Assembly: GCA_017477505.1 (NCBI GenBank)
Contig: JAFUVQ010000015.1
Coordinates: 86,192 to 150,191, forward strand
Length of the DNA stretch: 64,000 nucleotides
From: Eubacterium sp.
GTDB taxonomy: Bacteria > Bacillota > Clostridia > Lachnospirales > Lachnospiraceae
Direction of reading: 5' to 3'
The translations under genes and the position numbers were made by a program. The notes under the pieces are model-generated. The model ran no database searches. It saw nothing but the letters and a program-made list of their open reading frames with translations, and was not told the DNA's origin. Of this stretch, positions 1 to 10,200 are shown one piece after another. Position 1 is the first letter of the stretch. Each line of letters starts with the position of its first letter.

Positions 1-1
1 T

Positions 2-1315
2 ACCGATGGGGATGTTCATGAGGAAGGCTACAAGGTTGAAAACGGTAAGCTTTGCAAGCTGAGTGTACCGAGTCTTTCTGACACTGTTGTAAGATTAAAC
101 TTCAAGGGTAAAGGCAGCGGCTACAGACTGTTTAAGGCATTCAGAGATCTCGACAAGATTCCGGTGTTTGAATTTGAATATTACGATGAAGAAGAATATT
201 TTCTGTTAGATTTTGATGAGGTCGAGGAAGATGTTCCCGGAGTTTATTACTTATGGTGGGCATCGCCGAAAGAAAATGATGAATGTGAAATAGAGATTGA
301 ATTCTTCAGCAAAAAGAACCTTGCTGTAAGTAGTGACATGGCAAAGGGAAATCTTGAGATAGGAATTAACAATGTAAGCTTAAATGACCCTGATAAGTTA
401 TTATATGTCGGACCGTCCGAGCAGTTGCCACGTGGCTCAGTCGGTCGCGGAGCAATATATAAATACACTGTAAAGCCGGGTGAAACGCTTTATGCGGATG
501 TTATAGCAAACAGATCAGAGGATGATTACTCCGGTTACTACAATGTAGGAATCGTTAAAAACGGTGAGTTGATAGCCAGATTTATCCCGGGTTCTTCAAA
601 AAGATTCAGTTACTCAGTAGGAAAAGATGAGGCGCCTGTAACGCTTCTGTTTGTAGTTCCGGATTTTGAGGAAGGTGGTTCATGTGGCATTAATCTTCAG
701 AACTGGCCGTTTAATGATGTTCCTCAGACAACGACAGGTGCAAATGAGATAGCAGATGCATATGTAACAGGAATCGTAGGTGGAATCTCAACTGATGCGA
801 ATGGTCAGGTTAAGTATAAGCCGGGTGCTCCTGTTAACAGAGCCCAGTTTGCTATAATGCTTTACAACATGGCATTCACACTCGGACACAATCCATATAG
901 AGATGATATGTCCAATGCAGTAAAATTCAGAGATGTTTCTGAAGGTTCTAATTACTACGAAGCAGTAAGGTGGGCAAGCAGTCAGAATATTATAACCGGA
1001 TATAAGGATAAGCAGGGGAACAATGATTTTAAGCCTTTAAATCCTATTACAAGACAGCAGATGGCGCTTCTCTTCAAGAGATTTGCAGATAAGATGGGTA
1101 TGGATACATCCGCAAGGGATACAAAAGTTTCTTCAGCCAAAGATTATAAGGATTTTGGAAATGAAGCTTTCGTGGATGCAGCTTCATGGGCTTCGGCAGC
1201 CGGAGTTCTTTCCGGATTTAATAAGAAGGATGGATACTACGTAAAGCCTGCTGACGGTGCAACAAGAGCACAGACAGCCATGTTTATATCAAGATTTATG
1301 AAACTGACTAAATAA
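2..1315 (+). CDS. SLH-anchored cell-surface protein; the 5' end lies outside the window
   Basis: Frame 2 is open from nt 2, with no stop before the GTG at 164 where the ORF track begins, so the gene starts upstream. The C-terminal ~190 aa carry three SLH-type repeats (WPFNDVPQ..ADAYVTGIVGG..VNRAQFAIMLYNMA; FRDVSEGSNYYEAVRWASSQNIITGY..ITRQQMALLFKRFA; FVDAASWASAAGVLSGF..ATRAQTAMFISRF). These are paralogous to the C-terminus of the 7272-12476 protein. A terminator follows. Confidence 0.75.
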   Translation, partial: TDGDVHEEGYKVENGKLCKLSVPSLSDTVVRLNFKGKGSGYRLFKAFRDLDKIPVFEFEYYDEEEYFLLDFDEVEEDVPGVYYLWWASPKENDECEIEIEFFSKKNLAVSSDMAKGNLEIGINNVSLNDPDKLLYVGPSEQLPRGSVGRGAIYKYTVKPGETLYADVIANRSEDDYSGYYNVGIVKNGELIARFIPGSSKRFSYSVGKDEAPVTLLFVVPDFEEGGSCGINLQNWPFNDVPQTTTGANEIADAYVTGIVGGISTDANGQVKYKPGAPVNRAQFAIMLYNMAFTLGHNPYRDDMSNAVKFRDVSEGSNYYEAVRWASSQNIITGYKDKQGNNDFKPLNPITRQQMALLFKRFADKMGMDTSARDTKVSSAKDYKDFGNEAFVDAASWASAAGVLSGFNKKDGYYVKPADGATRAQTAMFISRFMKLTK

Positions 1316-1331
1316 TAAAATGTGAAACAGG

Positions 1332-1363
1332 GGATGATAATTTCGGTTATCATCCTTTTTTTT
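1332..1363 (+). terminator. Rho-independent terminator
   Basis: Stem-loop GGATGATAA-TTTCGG-TTATCATCC followed by T8, 17 nt after the stop codon. Confidence 0.8.
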
Positions 1364-1513
1364 GCTTAGTTTTTTGTTTTTTATGATGTTTATTCTTTGC
1401 CGATAGTATGATACAATAACTATGTATGTGTATTTTGATTGGGGTGTGAAATCAGACAAGGATTTATGCATGATTTTCTGCCCGGTTTTAAATGGCTTAG
1501 AGAGGTTTTTGAG

Positions 1514-3820
1514 ATGAAGAAAAAGATTAGTTTGATCATAGCAGCAGCAATGGTTTTGGGACTTTCGGCCTGTGGTTCGGGAAATGGAAGTGTATCAACG
1601 GAACAGAACACGGAAGTGACTACGGCTGCCGATACTGCAACCGGTGATGCTGTAGAAAAGGATGTGGCTGAGTCCGATCTTAAGGGGGAAGGGCCATATA
1701 CACTTGAGGATACATTTGCGGATGGCGGCGGAGCCGGCGGAGGGGTTGCCGACGGTGATGTTCTTGTGGATGTTGATTTCGAAGACGGGGATGGCGGATT
1801 TGGTGTGTACACCAATGGCGGCTCATTTGACATGAAAGCCGAGAATGGACAGCTGGTTTCTAAGATTAAGAGCTGCGGCGGTGTTGATTACGCTAACCAG
1901 ATTTTCTATGACGGTTTCCAGCTCAGTCAGGGCTGTGTTTATACCTACAGCTTTGATATTTCAAGCGATATCAAGAGGCAGATTCAGTACAGGCTGCAGA
2001 TCAATGGCGGCGATTATCATGCATATGCAGGTGATAATATTGAAGTAGGACCGAATGTTACGAATTTCTCAGTTGATTTTGAAATGACAGATGATTCAGA
2101 CCCGGCTCCAAGACTGGTTTTCAATATGGGTAAAATGGATGACATGGCATCTGACCCGGGTGAGCATAATGTCTATATCGATAATGTTAAGCTTGTTGTC
2201 AAGGATGCTTCAAAAGCAACAGCAGTTCCTGCACTGCCTAACTACGTAAAGGTTTCCGTTAATCAGATGGGCTATGACATAAACGGAACCAAAGTTGCGG
2301 CTGTTAAGACAGAAAGTACGGGAGATGAGGATTTCATAATCTGTAATGCAGATACAAATGAAACTGTTTATGTAGGAAAGCTTGGTGCTCCTGTACATGA
2401 TTATGGTTCGGGCTTTGATATAAGACAGGCTGATTTCTCTGATTTTACCGAGGTCGGCAATTACTATATCTGTACAGCTGAGGGACCGAGTTATACTTTC
2501 TTCATAGGTGAAACTCCATATTATGATATTTACAGAGATTCGGTTCTGATGCTTTACAAGCAGAGATGCGGAATGGAACTGGACAGTACCGGTGTATTTG
2601 ATCATCCTGCATGCCATATGGGCGAGGCTGTAGTTTATGGTGACGAGAGTAAGAAGGTTGACGTAAGCGGCGGATGGCATGATGCAGGCGACTATGGAAG
2701 ATATGTTGTCTCTACAGCAAAGACTCTGGCTGACCTTCTGAACAGCTACACTGATTTCAACGTGGATGATGATCAGATGGGCATTCCTGAAAGTGGAAAT
2801 AAGATACCTGATATTCTTGATGAAGCAAGATATGGTCTTGACTGGATGCTGAAGATGCAGGACGCTGAGAGCGGCGGAGTATATCATAAGGTTTCATGCC
2901 TTGTATTCCCTGAAACGGTTGCTCCTCAGGATGAAACAGATCAGCTTTATCTGGCACCGGTTTCGGTTGCTGCTACCGGTGACTTCGCAGCCATTATGGC
3001 CAAGGCATCCGTAGTATATAAGGATATCGATCCTGATTTCAGCAAGACTGCTCTTGAAGCTGCGGAAAAGGCATGGGATTACCTTGAAGGTCTGGAGAAA
3101 TATACAGGCTACAGAAATCCTAAAGACATAGTTACAGGCGAATATCCTGATGACTTCACTATGGATGAAAGATATTGGGCAGCTGTAGAACTTTATATCG
3201 CAGGCGTTGATAAGACAAAGAGCTTTATAACCGCAAATAAAGATGATAAGAATTTAAAAGAAGGTCTTGGCTGGGCAGACATGGGTCTCTACGCCGAATA
3301 TGATCTTGCTTTATGTGATGATGCAGGTCTTGCTGAGATAGGCAAGGCAAGAATAATTGAAAATGCGGATGCTCTTGTTGAACAGTCAAAGAAGACTGGC
3401 TATAATCTTGGCTTCGGAAGTGCATTCCCATGGGGAAGTAATATGATGGTGGCCGATCATGGCGAACTTCTTTATATGGCTGCCAAAGTAACAGGCGATG
3501 ATACATACAGTAAGCTTGCAGGTATGCAGTTAGATTATCTCCTTGGAAATAATGCATTGGGATATTGTTTCGTCACAGGCTATGGAACACTTATTCCTGA
3601 ACATCCTCATCACAGACCTTCACAGGTGGCAGGACAGGCTGTTACAGGAATGCTTGTAGGCGGTCCGAACAAGAATCTTGAGGATCCTTATGCCAAGGCT
3701 GTCCTCGCGGAACAAAGTGCGGCACTCTGCTACGTGGACAGTGATCAGAGCTATTCAACAAATGAAGTAACAATTTACTGGAATTCTCCGCTCATCTATT
3801 TACTTGCGGCAGAGCAGTAA
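1514..3820 (+). CDS. Glycoside hydrolase family 9 endoglucanase lipoprotein (CBM4/9-like + Ig-like CelD_N + GH9)
   Basis: ATG 1514 is preceded by AGAGAGG and opens with the lipoprotein signal MKKKISLIIAAAMVLGLSAC (lipobox LSAC). A CBM4/9-like module (VDVDFEDGDGGFGVYTNGG...) and an Ig-like module (VKVSVNQMGYDINGTKVAAVK) precede the catalytic domain. GH9 hallmarks are GGWHDAGDYGRY (nt 2681-2704), HHRPS and the C-terminal YSTNEVTIYWNSPLIYLL. The in-frame extension back to 1439 lacks signal-peptide logic. Confidence 0.9.
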   Translation: MKKKISLIIAAAMVLGLSACGSGNGSVSTEQNTEVTTAADTATGDAVEKDVAESDLKGEGPYTLEDTFADGGGAGGGVADGDVLVDVDFEDGDGGFGVYTNGGSFDMKAENGQLVSKIKSCGGVDYANQIFYDGFQLSQGCVYTYSFDISSDIKRQIQYRLQINGGDYHAYAGDNIEVGPNVTNFSVDFEMTDDSDPAPRLVFNMGKMDDMASDPGEHNVYIDNVKLVVKDASKATAVPALPNYVKVSVNQMGYDINGTKVAAVKTESTGDEDFIICNADTNETVYVGKLGAPVHDYGSGFDIRQADFSDFTEVGNYYICTAEGPSYTFFIGETPYYDIYRDSVLMLYKQRCGMELDSTGVFDHPACHMGEAVVYGDESKKVDVSGGWHDAGDYGRYVVSTAKTLADLLNSYTDFNVDDDQMGIPESGNKIPDILDEARYGLDWMLKMQDAESGGVYHKVSCLVFPETVAPQDETDQLYLAPVSVAATGDFAAIMAKASVVYKDIDPDFSKTALEAAEKAWDYLEGLEKYTGYRNPKDIVTGEYPDDFTMDERYWAAVELYIAGVDKTKSFITANKDDKNLKEGLGWADMGLYAEYDLALCDDAGLAEIGKARIIENADALVEQSKKTGYNLGFGSAFPWGSNMMVADHGELLYMAAKVTGDDTYSKLAGMQLDYLLGNNALGYCFVTGYGTLIPEHPHHRPSQVAGQAVTGMLVGGPNKNLEDPYAKAVLAEQSAALCYVDSDQSYSTNEVTIYWNSPLIYLLAAEQ

Positions 3821-3861
3821 GATTAAAAGCTGAACTATTAGAAAAACGGGGTTCATTTAAC

Positions 3862-5031
3862 TTGGATAAACAGAAAAAAAGAAGCTCGAATTTTGAACTC
3901 TTACGAGTTGTGGCTATGCTGATGATAATTCTTTATCACATAAGTCTGCATGCCACAAGGTTTCAGCTTGTAAATGAAGATTCGATTCTGAGGTTTGGAA
4001 ATGATTATTTCTGCCAGCCTGTGTTCTTCAGGAGGCTGTTTATGATTGAAGGGCTTATGCCCTTCGGTACAACTGCAAATTCAATATTTCTTCTGATTTC
4101 AGGCTACTTTATGGTAGAAAGAGGAAAAGGAATCAATCTTGGAAAGATTTCAAAAAAGCTGGTGCTTCAGGTGCTTTTTGCAGCCCTGCTTCTGATAATT
4201 GTATCTTTTTCATATTACAGGATAAAGGTTCCGGACGAAAGCTTTCAGATTAATATGAGAACCATGTCGGATTTTCATGCCATGAACTGGTTTGCGGGTT
4301 ATTACTTTCTGGTAGTGGTCTTTGCAGGGCTTTTTCTGAATGAATTTCTGATGAAGCTGGACATGAAAAAATATACCTGCTTTTTACTGACGGTATTCGC
4401 GGCTTTTTCGCTGACCTGGTCAGGCGAATTTCTGAACGGATTTATATCGGGACTGCGCTCCCTCGCATGTGCCATTTTCATGTATGCGCTGAGAGGATAT
4501 ATCAAACGCTTTAACCCGTTCGGAAATATCAGATTATGGGCTCTGATTGCTTTAATTGTTGTTTTATATGCATTTATAATACTTTCTTATCATAACAATG
4601 TAGGAAATGCTGTTAACAGATATCTTCTGGAGACAGCGGAAGCTGATGCTGAGAAGGCAGAGCTGTTTTTCCAGCCGATAACTGTATATGGTAACTATGA
4701 ACTGGTTCCGGTAGTGCTCTCAGTAGTTCTGTTTGAAATATTCCGAAGGATCAGAATTCCTGCTAACAGTGTTATTAATTTTCTGGGAAGCTCCACATTT
4801 ATGATATATCTTTTCCATGATAATGATTTCTGGAGGAGTATCTGGAGAGAAAGTGACTGGATAAAGGCACTTTCAGGGAATCCGGCGGGATATCTTTTGA
4901 AGCTTTTCGGATGGATGGCATTTGTCTTTGCAACAGGCGTTCTGGTATATGCGCTGTATCTCGGATTTTGCAGACTCTGCAGTGTCTGCAAAGGAGCGGT
5001 AATTAAGAAGGATGACAGAATTCAGAGTTGA
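3862..5031 (+). CDS. Acyltransferase family 3 (membrane O-acyltransferase for a glycan or polymer)
   Basis: The N-terminus NFELLRVVAMLMIILYHI matches the acyltransferase_3 opening motif with its conserved His, and about 10 hydrophobic segments follow. The TTG start is taken from the ORF track and is uncertain. Confidence 0.7.
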   Translation: MDKQKKRSSNFELLRVVAMLMIILYHISLHATRFQLVNEDSILRFGNDYFCQPVFFRRLFMIEGLMPFGTTANSIFLLISGYFMVERGKGINLGKISKKLVLQVLFAALLLIIVSFSYYRIKVPDESFQINMRTMSDFHAMNWFAGYYFLVVVFAGLFLNEFLMKLDMKKYTCFLLTVFAAFSLTWSGEFLNGFISGLRSLACAIFMYALRGYIKRFNPFGNIRLWALIALIVVLYAFIILSYHNNVGNAVNRYLLETAEADAEKAELFFQPITVYGNYELVPVVLSVVLFEIFRRIRIPANSVINFLGSSTFMIYLFHDNDFWRSIWRESDWIKALSGNPAGYLLKLFGWMAFVFATGVLVYALYLGFCRLCSVCKGAVIKKDDRIQS

Positions 5032-5059
5032 ATTTTAGTGATTAACGGTGATTTATAGT

Positions 5060-6073
5060 ATGAGTGATATGCAGCAAGGTGTGGATATTGTACTTACCTG
5101 GGTAGATGACAGAGACCCGGAGTGGCAGGCGGAAAGAGCTAAATATATGCCTGCTGAGGAAAAGGGACGTACAGATCAATCCGCAGCAAGATACAGAGAC
5201 TGGGATAATTTAAAATATGTTTTCCGTGGGATTGAGAAATACATGCCGTGGGTCAGAAAGGTTCATTTTATAACCTGCGGGCATCTTCCGAAGTGGCTTA
5301 ATACGGAATGTGATAAGCTGAATATAGTAAAACACAGCGATTATATACCGGCTGAATACCTTCCAACTTTTTCATCAAGAGTTATCGAGCTCTGGATGAA
5401 TCGGATAGAGGGACTTTCTGAGGATTTTATACTTTTCAATGACGATACATTTGTCATAAAAATGACTAAAAGAGAGGATTTCTTCGACGGGGATCTGCCC
5501 AGGGATATAGCGGCGCTGTCGCCTCATCCCATAAGGCGGAACACCATCACCAGTACGGAGATAAACAACCTCAAGATACTTAATGATTATTTCGGTATCA
5601 AAGACATTAAGGCCAGAAAAAAGCTTTGGATAAAGCCATTCATGTATGGACAGTACGCTCTCAGAACTCTGATGTTCATGAAGTTTCCGACTATCATAGG
5701 GCTTTTCGAAGCGCACCTTCCGGTGTCTTACAATAAGTCCACCTTCGATAAGGTTTGGGAACTTGAAGGGGCAGAACTTCTGAAGACTTCCGGACATCGT
5801 TTCAGAACAGACCAGGACAATAATCACTGGCTGATGCGAAGCTGGCAGCTTCTTGGCGGAAATTTCAGTCCGAGAAGTCCAAGGTTTGGCAAATTGATAC
5901 CGGCGCAGAACATAGAAATGCTGAAGCACTTTGTTTCCGACAGGAAATGTAAGCTTGTGTGCATTAACGATAACGAGAATGTCACAGACTTTGAGAAGAC
6001 GAAAGCTGAAGTGAACGGAATACTTGATTCGATACTGCCTGAGAAGAGTTCATTTGAGCGTAATTTGGAGTGA
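5060..6073 (+). CDS. Stealth-family (CR1-CR4) sugar-1-phosphate transferase
   Basis: DIVLTWVDDRDPEW matches Stealth CR1, LKYVFRGIEKYMPWVRKVHFITCGHLPKWLN matches CR2, and ILFNDDTFV is CR3-like. The start is either ATG 5060 or the in-frame GTG 5048. Confidence 0.75.
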   Translation: MSDMQQGVDIVLTWVDDRDPEWQAERAKYMPAEEKGRTDQSAARYRDWDNLKYVFRGIEKYMPWVRKVHFITCGHLPKWLNTECDKLNIVKHSDYIPAEYLPTFSSRVIELWMNRIEGLSEDFILFNDDTFVIKMTKREDFFDGDLPRDIAALSPHPIRRNTITSTEINNLKILNDYFGIKDIKARKKLWIKPFMYGQYALRTLMFMKFPTIIGLFEAHLPVSYNKSTFDKVWELEGAELLKTSGHRFRTDQDNNHWLMRSWQLLGGNFSPRSPRFGKLIPAQNIEMLKHFVSDRKCKLVCINDNENVTDFEKTKAEVNGILDSILPEKSSFERNLE

Positions 6074-6076
6074 CTG

Positions 6077-7234
6077 ATGAGCAGGATCATAACTGTATAT
6101 GAAAATTTTTATAAGCCTGATGGAAGTGAGCTTGCCATAGGCGGAGTTGAAACTTACCTCAAGAATCTTTTTCCCATAATGCAGGAACTGGGGCATGAGG
6201 TGGAACTTCACCAGGCCGGGATAAAGCCATTTCAGAGGGAATATAACGGTGTTAAGATTTATGCTCATGTAGTGGACAGGAGCAAAGCCAAAACACGCAA
6301 CAGACAGCTGCTTGAGGAAGCTGTTAAGGGCGCGGATAAAGAAAATGATGTTCTTTTCTTCGGCGGTGCCACGAATACCGCACCCAATGATTTTAAGCAT
6401 TCCCTGACAGTTCAGCATGGCGTACATTTTGATATACCCCGACATCAGGATTTCAGTCATGAGCGTAATATCAGAAGGGTATTTCCCAAGTCCCTCAAGG
6501 CTTACGGGATTATCGATGCGCTTGACCATGCGAAAACCATAGTCTGTGTGGATCATAATTTCCCTAACTGGTATCGTACCTGCGTGGCATATCCTGATAA
6601 AAAGTTCTATGTTGTTCCGAACTTTACGGATATACCGGATGTGGACTGTGTGAGAGGAAAATTCGGTTCACTTGATTCATCCGGCTCGTCCGATGATCAG
6701 ACTGTCCGTATCATTTCTGCCCGAAGGTGGAAAGTTCACCGGGGCGCTCACCTTTTTGCGGATGTATCGGAACGTCTTCTTAAAAAGTATCCCAATGTGG
6801 ATATAACCGTTGCCGGTACAGGGCCGGATGAAGGCTATATGCATGACAAACTCGATTCATTTCCAAATGCTCATTTTATGGTATACGGTAGTGAGGATTC
6901 TCTGAAGATTCATCTGGATAAGCAGATAGCAGTAGTTCCTACTCTGGGTTCCGAGGGTACAAGCCTTTCACTTCTTGAGGCCATGGCAGCGGGCTGTGCT
7001 GTTGTTGCTACGAATGTGGGCGGCATGACCAATATCATTATAAATGAGTATAACGGGCTTATGGTCAGTCCGGATACTGACGAGCTCGAGGCCGCAGTTG
7101 CAAGACTTATAGAAGACAGAGATCTCAGAGAAAGACTTGCGGCAAAAGCATATGAAACCGTAAAGGATTCATTTAACCTAAAAAAATGGCAGGATTCATG
7201 GAGACGGGTACTCATGAATGAACTGCCGAAATAA
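6077..7234 (+). CDS. Glycosyltransferase family 4 (GT-B, group 1)
   Basis: C-terminal EX7E-type region PTLGSEGTSLSLLEAMAAGCAVVATNVGGMTNIIINEYNGLMV. An RBS (GGAG) precedes the ATG. It is a paralogue of the minus-strand gene 15778-16893. Confidence 0.85.
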   Translation: MSRIITVYENFYKPDGSELAIGGVETYLKNLFPIMQELGHEVELHQAGIKPFQREYNGVKIYAHVVDRSKAKTRNRQLLEEAVKGADKENDVLFFGGATNTAPNDFKHSLTVQHGVHFDIPRHQDFSHERNIRRVFPKSLKAYGIIDALDHAKTIVCVDHNFPNWYRTCVAYPDKKFYVVPNFTDIPDVDCVRGKFGSLDSSGSSDDQTVRIISARRWKVHRGAHLFADVSERLLKKYPNVDITVAGTGPDEGYMHDKLDSFPNAHFMVYGSEDSLKIHLDKQIAVVPTLGSEGTSLSLLEAMAAGCAVVATNVGGMTNIIINEYNGLMVSPDTDELEAAVARLIEDRDLRERLAAKAYETVKDSFNLKKWQDSWRRVLMNELPK

Positions 7235-7271
7235 AAACTCTTATAATTTTTAAATGCAAGGAAGGCATGAC

Positions 7272-10200
7272 ATGAAGAGAATAGTTTCTTTATTAATCAC
7301 AATTTGTATGATCATAGGCCTTGTGGCAGCAGGAAATCCCGGAGTCATGGCTTATACTGCAGGAATCAGTTCAGCAGGGGTTTATGCTGCAACAACTACC
7401 GATGCTGCAGAAGATGGACTTTTTAAGGAGGCCCCGGATAATCTGGCGGATTCCGGAGTTACGGCAGATATAACTGCGAATGAAAGCGATTACTGGAGCG
7501 AGTATAGTATCGTTATAACCAATAATTCCGGATCCGATATAAAAAAATGGACCATTAAAGCATATTGTCCTGATGTAAAGATTGAAGAGGTTTATTCAAA
7601 TAATTCAGTAGTTCTGAACTATGAATCCCCATATCTGTTCATCAGTTCCAACGAGAATAACGGAAATGTTGCAAATGGATCGGATAATTCTGCTTATCAG
7701 GTTAAATTCGGTTCAAGTAACAGACTCAATCTTTCTAATGATTCTATCGAGGAAGTGACTTTTACTAAGGCATCATCCTCAGCTACTTATGAATGTAACT
7801 ATACCCTTACCGGCGAAGTAAAAGATCTCGCGGCGAATGCAACTCCATACGGAATGCACGGTAAGCTTAAGGTTGCAGGTACAAAAATTCAGGATAAGAA
7901 TAATAAAGATTTCCAGCTCCGTGGTGCATCACTTCACGGAATCCAGTGGGATGTCGGATATAATTATATTAACAAGGGCGCTTTCCAGAGCCTTCGTGAT
8001 GAGTGGGGCATTAATGCCATCAGACTTCCTGCATATGTAACCCAGGGTGGATATACTGCGGGTTCAGCCGCTGCTATGGATACACGTATTCAGAATGCTG
8101 TTGAAATAGCTACCGAGCTTGGTATGTATGTACTTATCGACTGGCATGTTCACTCAGATACCGGATTGAAAACCAATCCGAATACCTGGAAGGCTGAGGC
8201 TGAAACCTTCTTCGAAAAGTATTCATCAATGTATAAAGATTATGGAAATGTGCTTTTTGAAATAGCTAATGAGCCTGTAGATACTCCGTGGTATGACGGC
8301 TCAGGAAATGATCTCTATTCATATTCGACCTACATAACAGATGTTATCAGAAATAACTGCGATAATATAGTAATATGCGGTACAAATACCTGGTCTCAGG
8401 ATGTGGAAAAGGTGGCAGAAAAACCTCTTACACAGGAAAATGTAATGTATACCATACATTTCTATTCTGCAACGCATAAGGGTGAGATCAGAAATAAAGT
8501 TAAAACCGCAATCAGTGCGGGGACTCCTGTATTCTGTACAGAATTCGGTGTCTGTTCATCAGACGGAAACGGTTCTTATGACCTGGATGAGGCAGACGAG
8601 TGGATGAGTCTTTTTGATGAGAACGGCATCAGCTACTTCTGCTGGCAGCTCTCAAATAAAAATGAAAAGGCATCATACCTTGTTCCGGGCTGTACAAAGA
8701 CAAACGGCGGATGGACAAATGAAGACCTGTCACAGACAGGTATGTGGCTTATAAATACCAATCGTCCAAAGGCAGATATTGATGTGCCGGAGGAAAATCC
8801 TGATGATCCTGTTTATGACCCGATACCTGATAATCCGCTTAAGGCTGACAATATTCTCGACACTCCTACAAACAACACAGAGGGAAATATAATCATAGGC
8901 GTAAACGGTAGTTATTATGCAGCCGAGTATCTTGCAAAGCTGAATGAGGTCAGACGTGAAGCATATGAGGAGGGACTTGTGGATCCTTCTGATCCTGAGC
9001 ATGAGAGACATCTTTCTCTTGCTGACTATGTTCCTCTTAAATGGTCAAATGAACTTGAACAGATAGCGGCTATAAGAGCGGCAGAGGCATGCATCAAGAA
9101 AGGTCATATGCGACCGAATGTATATACAAATACATTTGCATTAAGTGTAAATGGAATCAGCTCTCAAAATGAGATCATTGCCTTTAATGATGATCCTATA
9201 CATGGAATTAAAAATGATTCGGATTCGGACGATCCGGGCAGCTGGTACTATGAGAAGAAGTTTTATATAGAAGGTGATTACAGCACCACCGGACATTATA
9301 TATCTATTATTACTCCTGATAATAAGTATGTCGGAGCTTCAACTTTCCTTTCAGATAATACCTCGGGTGATTATGGCAGTTATATGTCCATTGACGCGGA
9401 GTTTTCAACCCGAAATTTAAATACTTCAGCAACGGTAACAGGTCTTGATGGACAGTATATACAGAAACTTGAGGTAGATGCAAAGGGTATACAGGATCTT
9501 TCTATCGCAGGATATCCGGGCCTTATGTATCCCGGCAACAGAACATATCTTAAGTGTGAAGCTACTTTATATTTTGTCAGTGAGTTTAATTTTAAAGAGA
9601 CCACATATAATTGTCCGGTATTCTCAAATATTACATGGTCGAGCAGTGAACCTTCGGTAGCGGATATCGATGAAGATGGCCTTCTCACAGCTCATAAAGT
9701 GGGTGATACCATAGTTACCTGCCATCTTAAGGCCGGAACTGTGGAAAAGACTATTGAAAGAAGAGTTCACGTAGCAGCTGAAGGTGTTACTGTTGAAAGC
9801 GTCGAAGACCCTGAAGAGATAACTATAGAAGCAGGCGGTAAGCCTTTACTTCCTGCAACTGTAACAGCTGTTCTTTCGGATGGTACAGAGATACAGGCTG
9901 ATGTGGAGTGGAATGAGACTGACAGCAACAGAAATCAGTATCATTCTCAGAATATATACGCACACTCAACCACCATAGCAGGTGAATCTCTCGGTTTTGA
10001 TGTAAATCAGAAAGTAAATGTAAAAGCATGCGTTCCTACAAAAGCATATTTCTATGATTTTGATAAAAAGGAGCTTGCAGAGACAGTAACTATAACAACA
10101 GAATCCGGTGTAAAGCCTGATTATCCGAAGATATTCAGATTCAGCTGTAAAGCGGGAATGTCGCATTTTTACACTTCCTATAATCAATACAGCGGATGGC

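Noticed and set aside
1439-1513. N-terminal extensions suggested by the ORF track (GH9 from 1439; also 51631 for the spermidine-synthase-like gene, 13879 for the phosphatase, 15305 for the kinase, 12493 and 7254)
   Set aside because: In each case an internal ATG has a better RBS. That ATG either yields a proper signal peptide or lipobox, or removes an implausible overlap with the upstream gene.
2210-2887. 225-aa minus-strand ORF inside the GH9 gene (also 1420-1833 and 3225-3557)
   Set aside because: These are antisense to a CDS with unambiguous GH9 motifs. Their composition is Ile/Ser/Cys/His-rich or Pro/Ser-rich junk with no RBS or motif. They are typical shadow ORFs.
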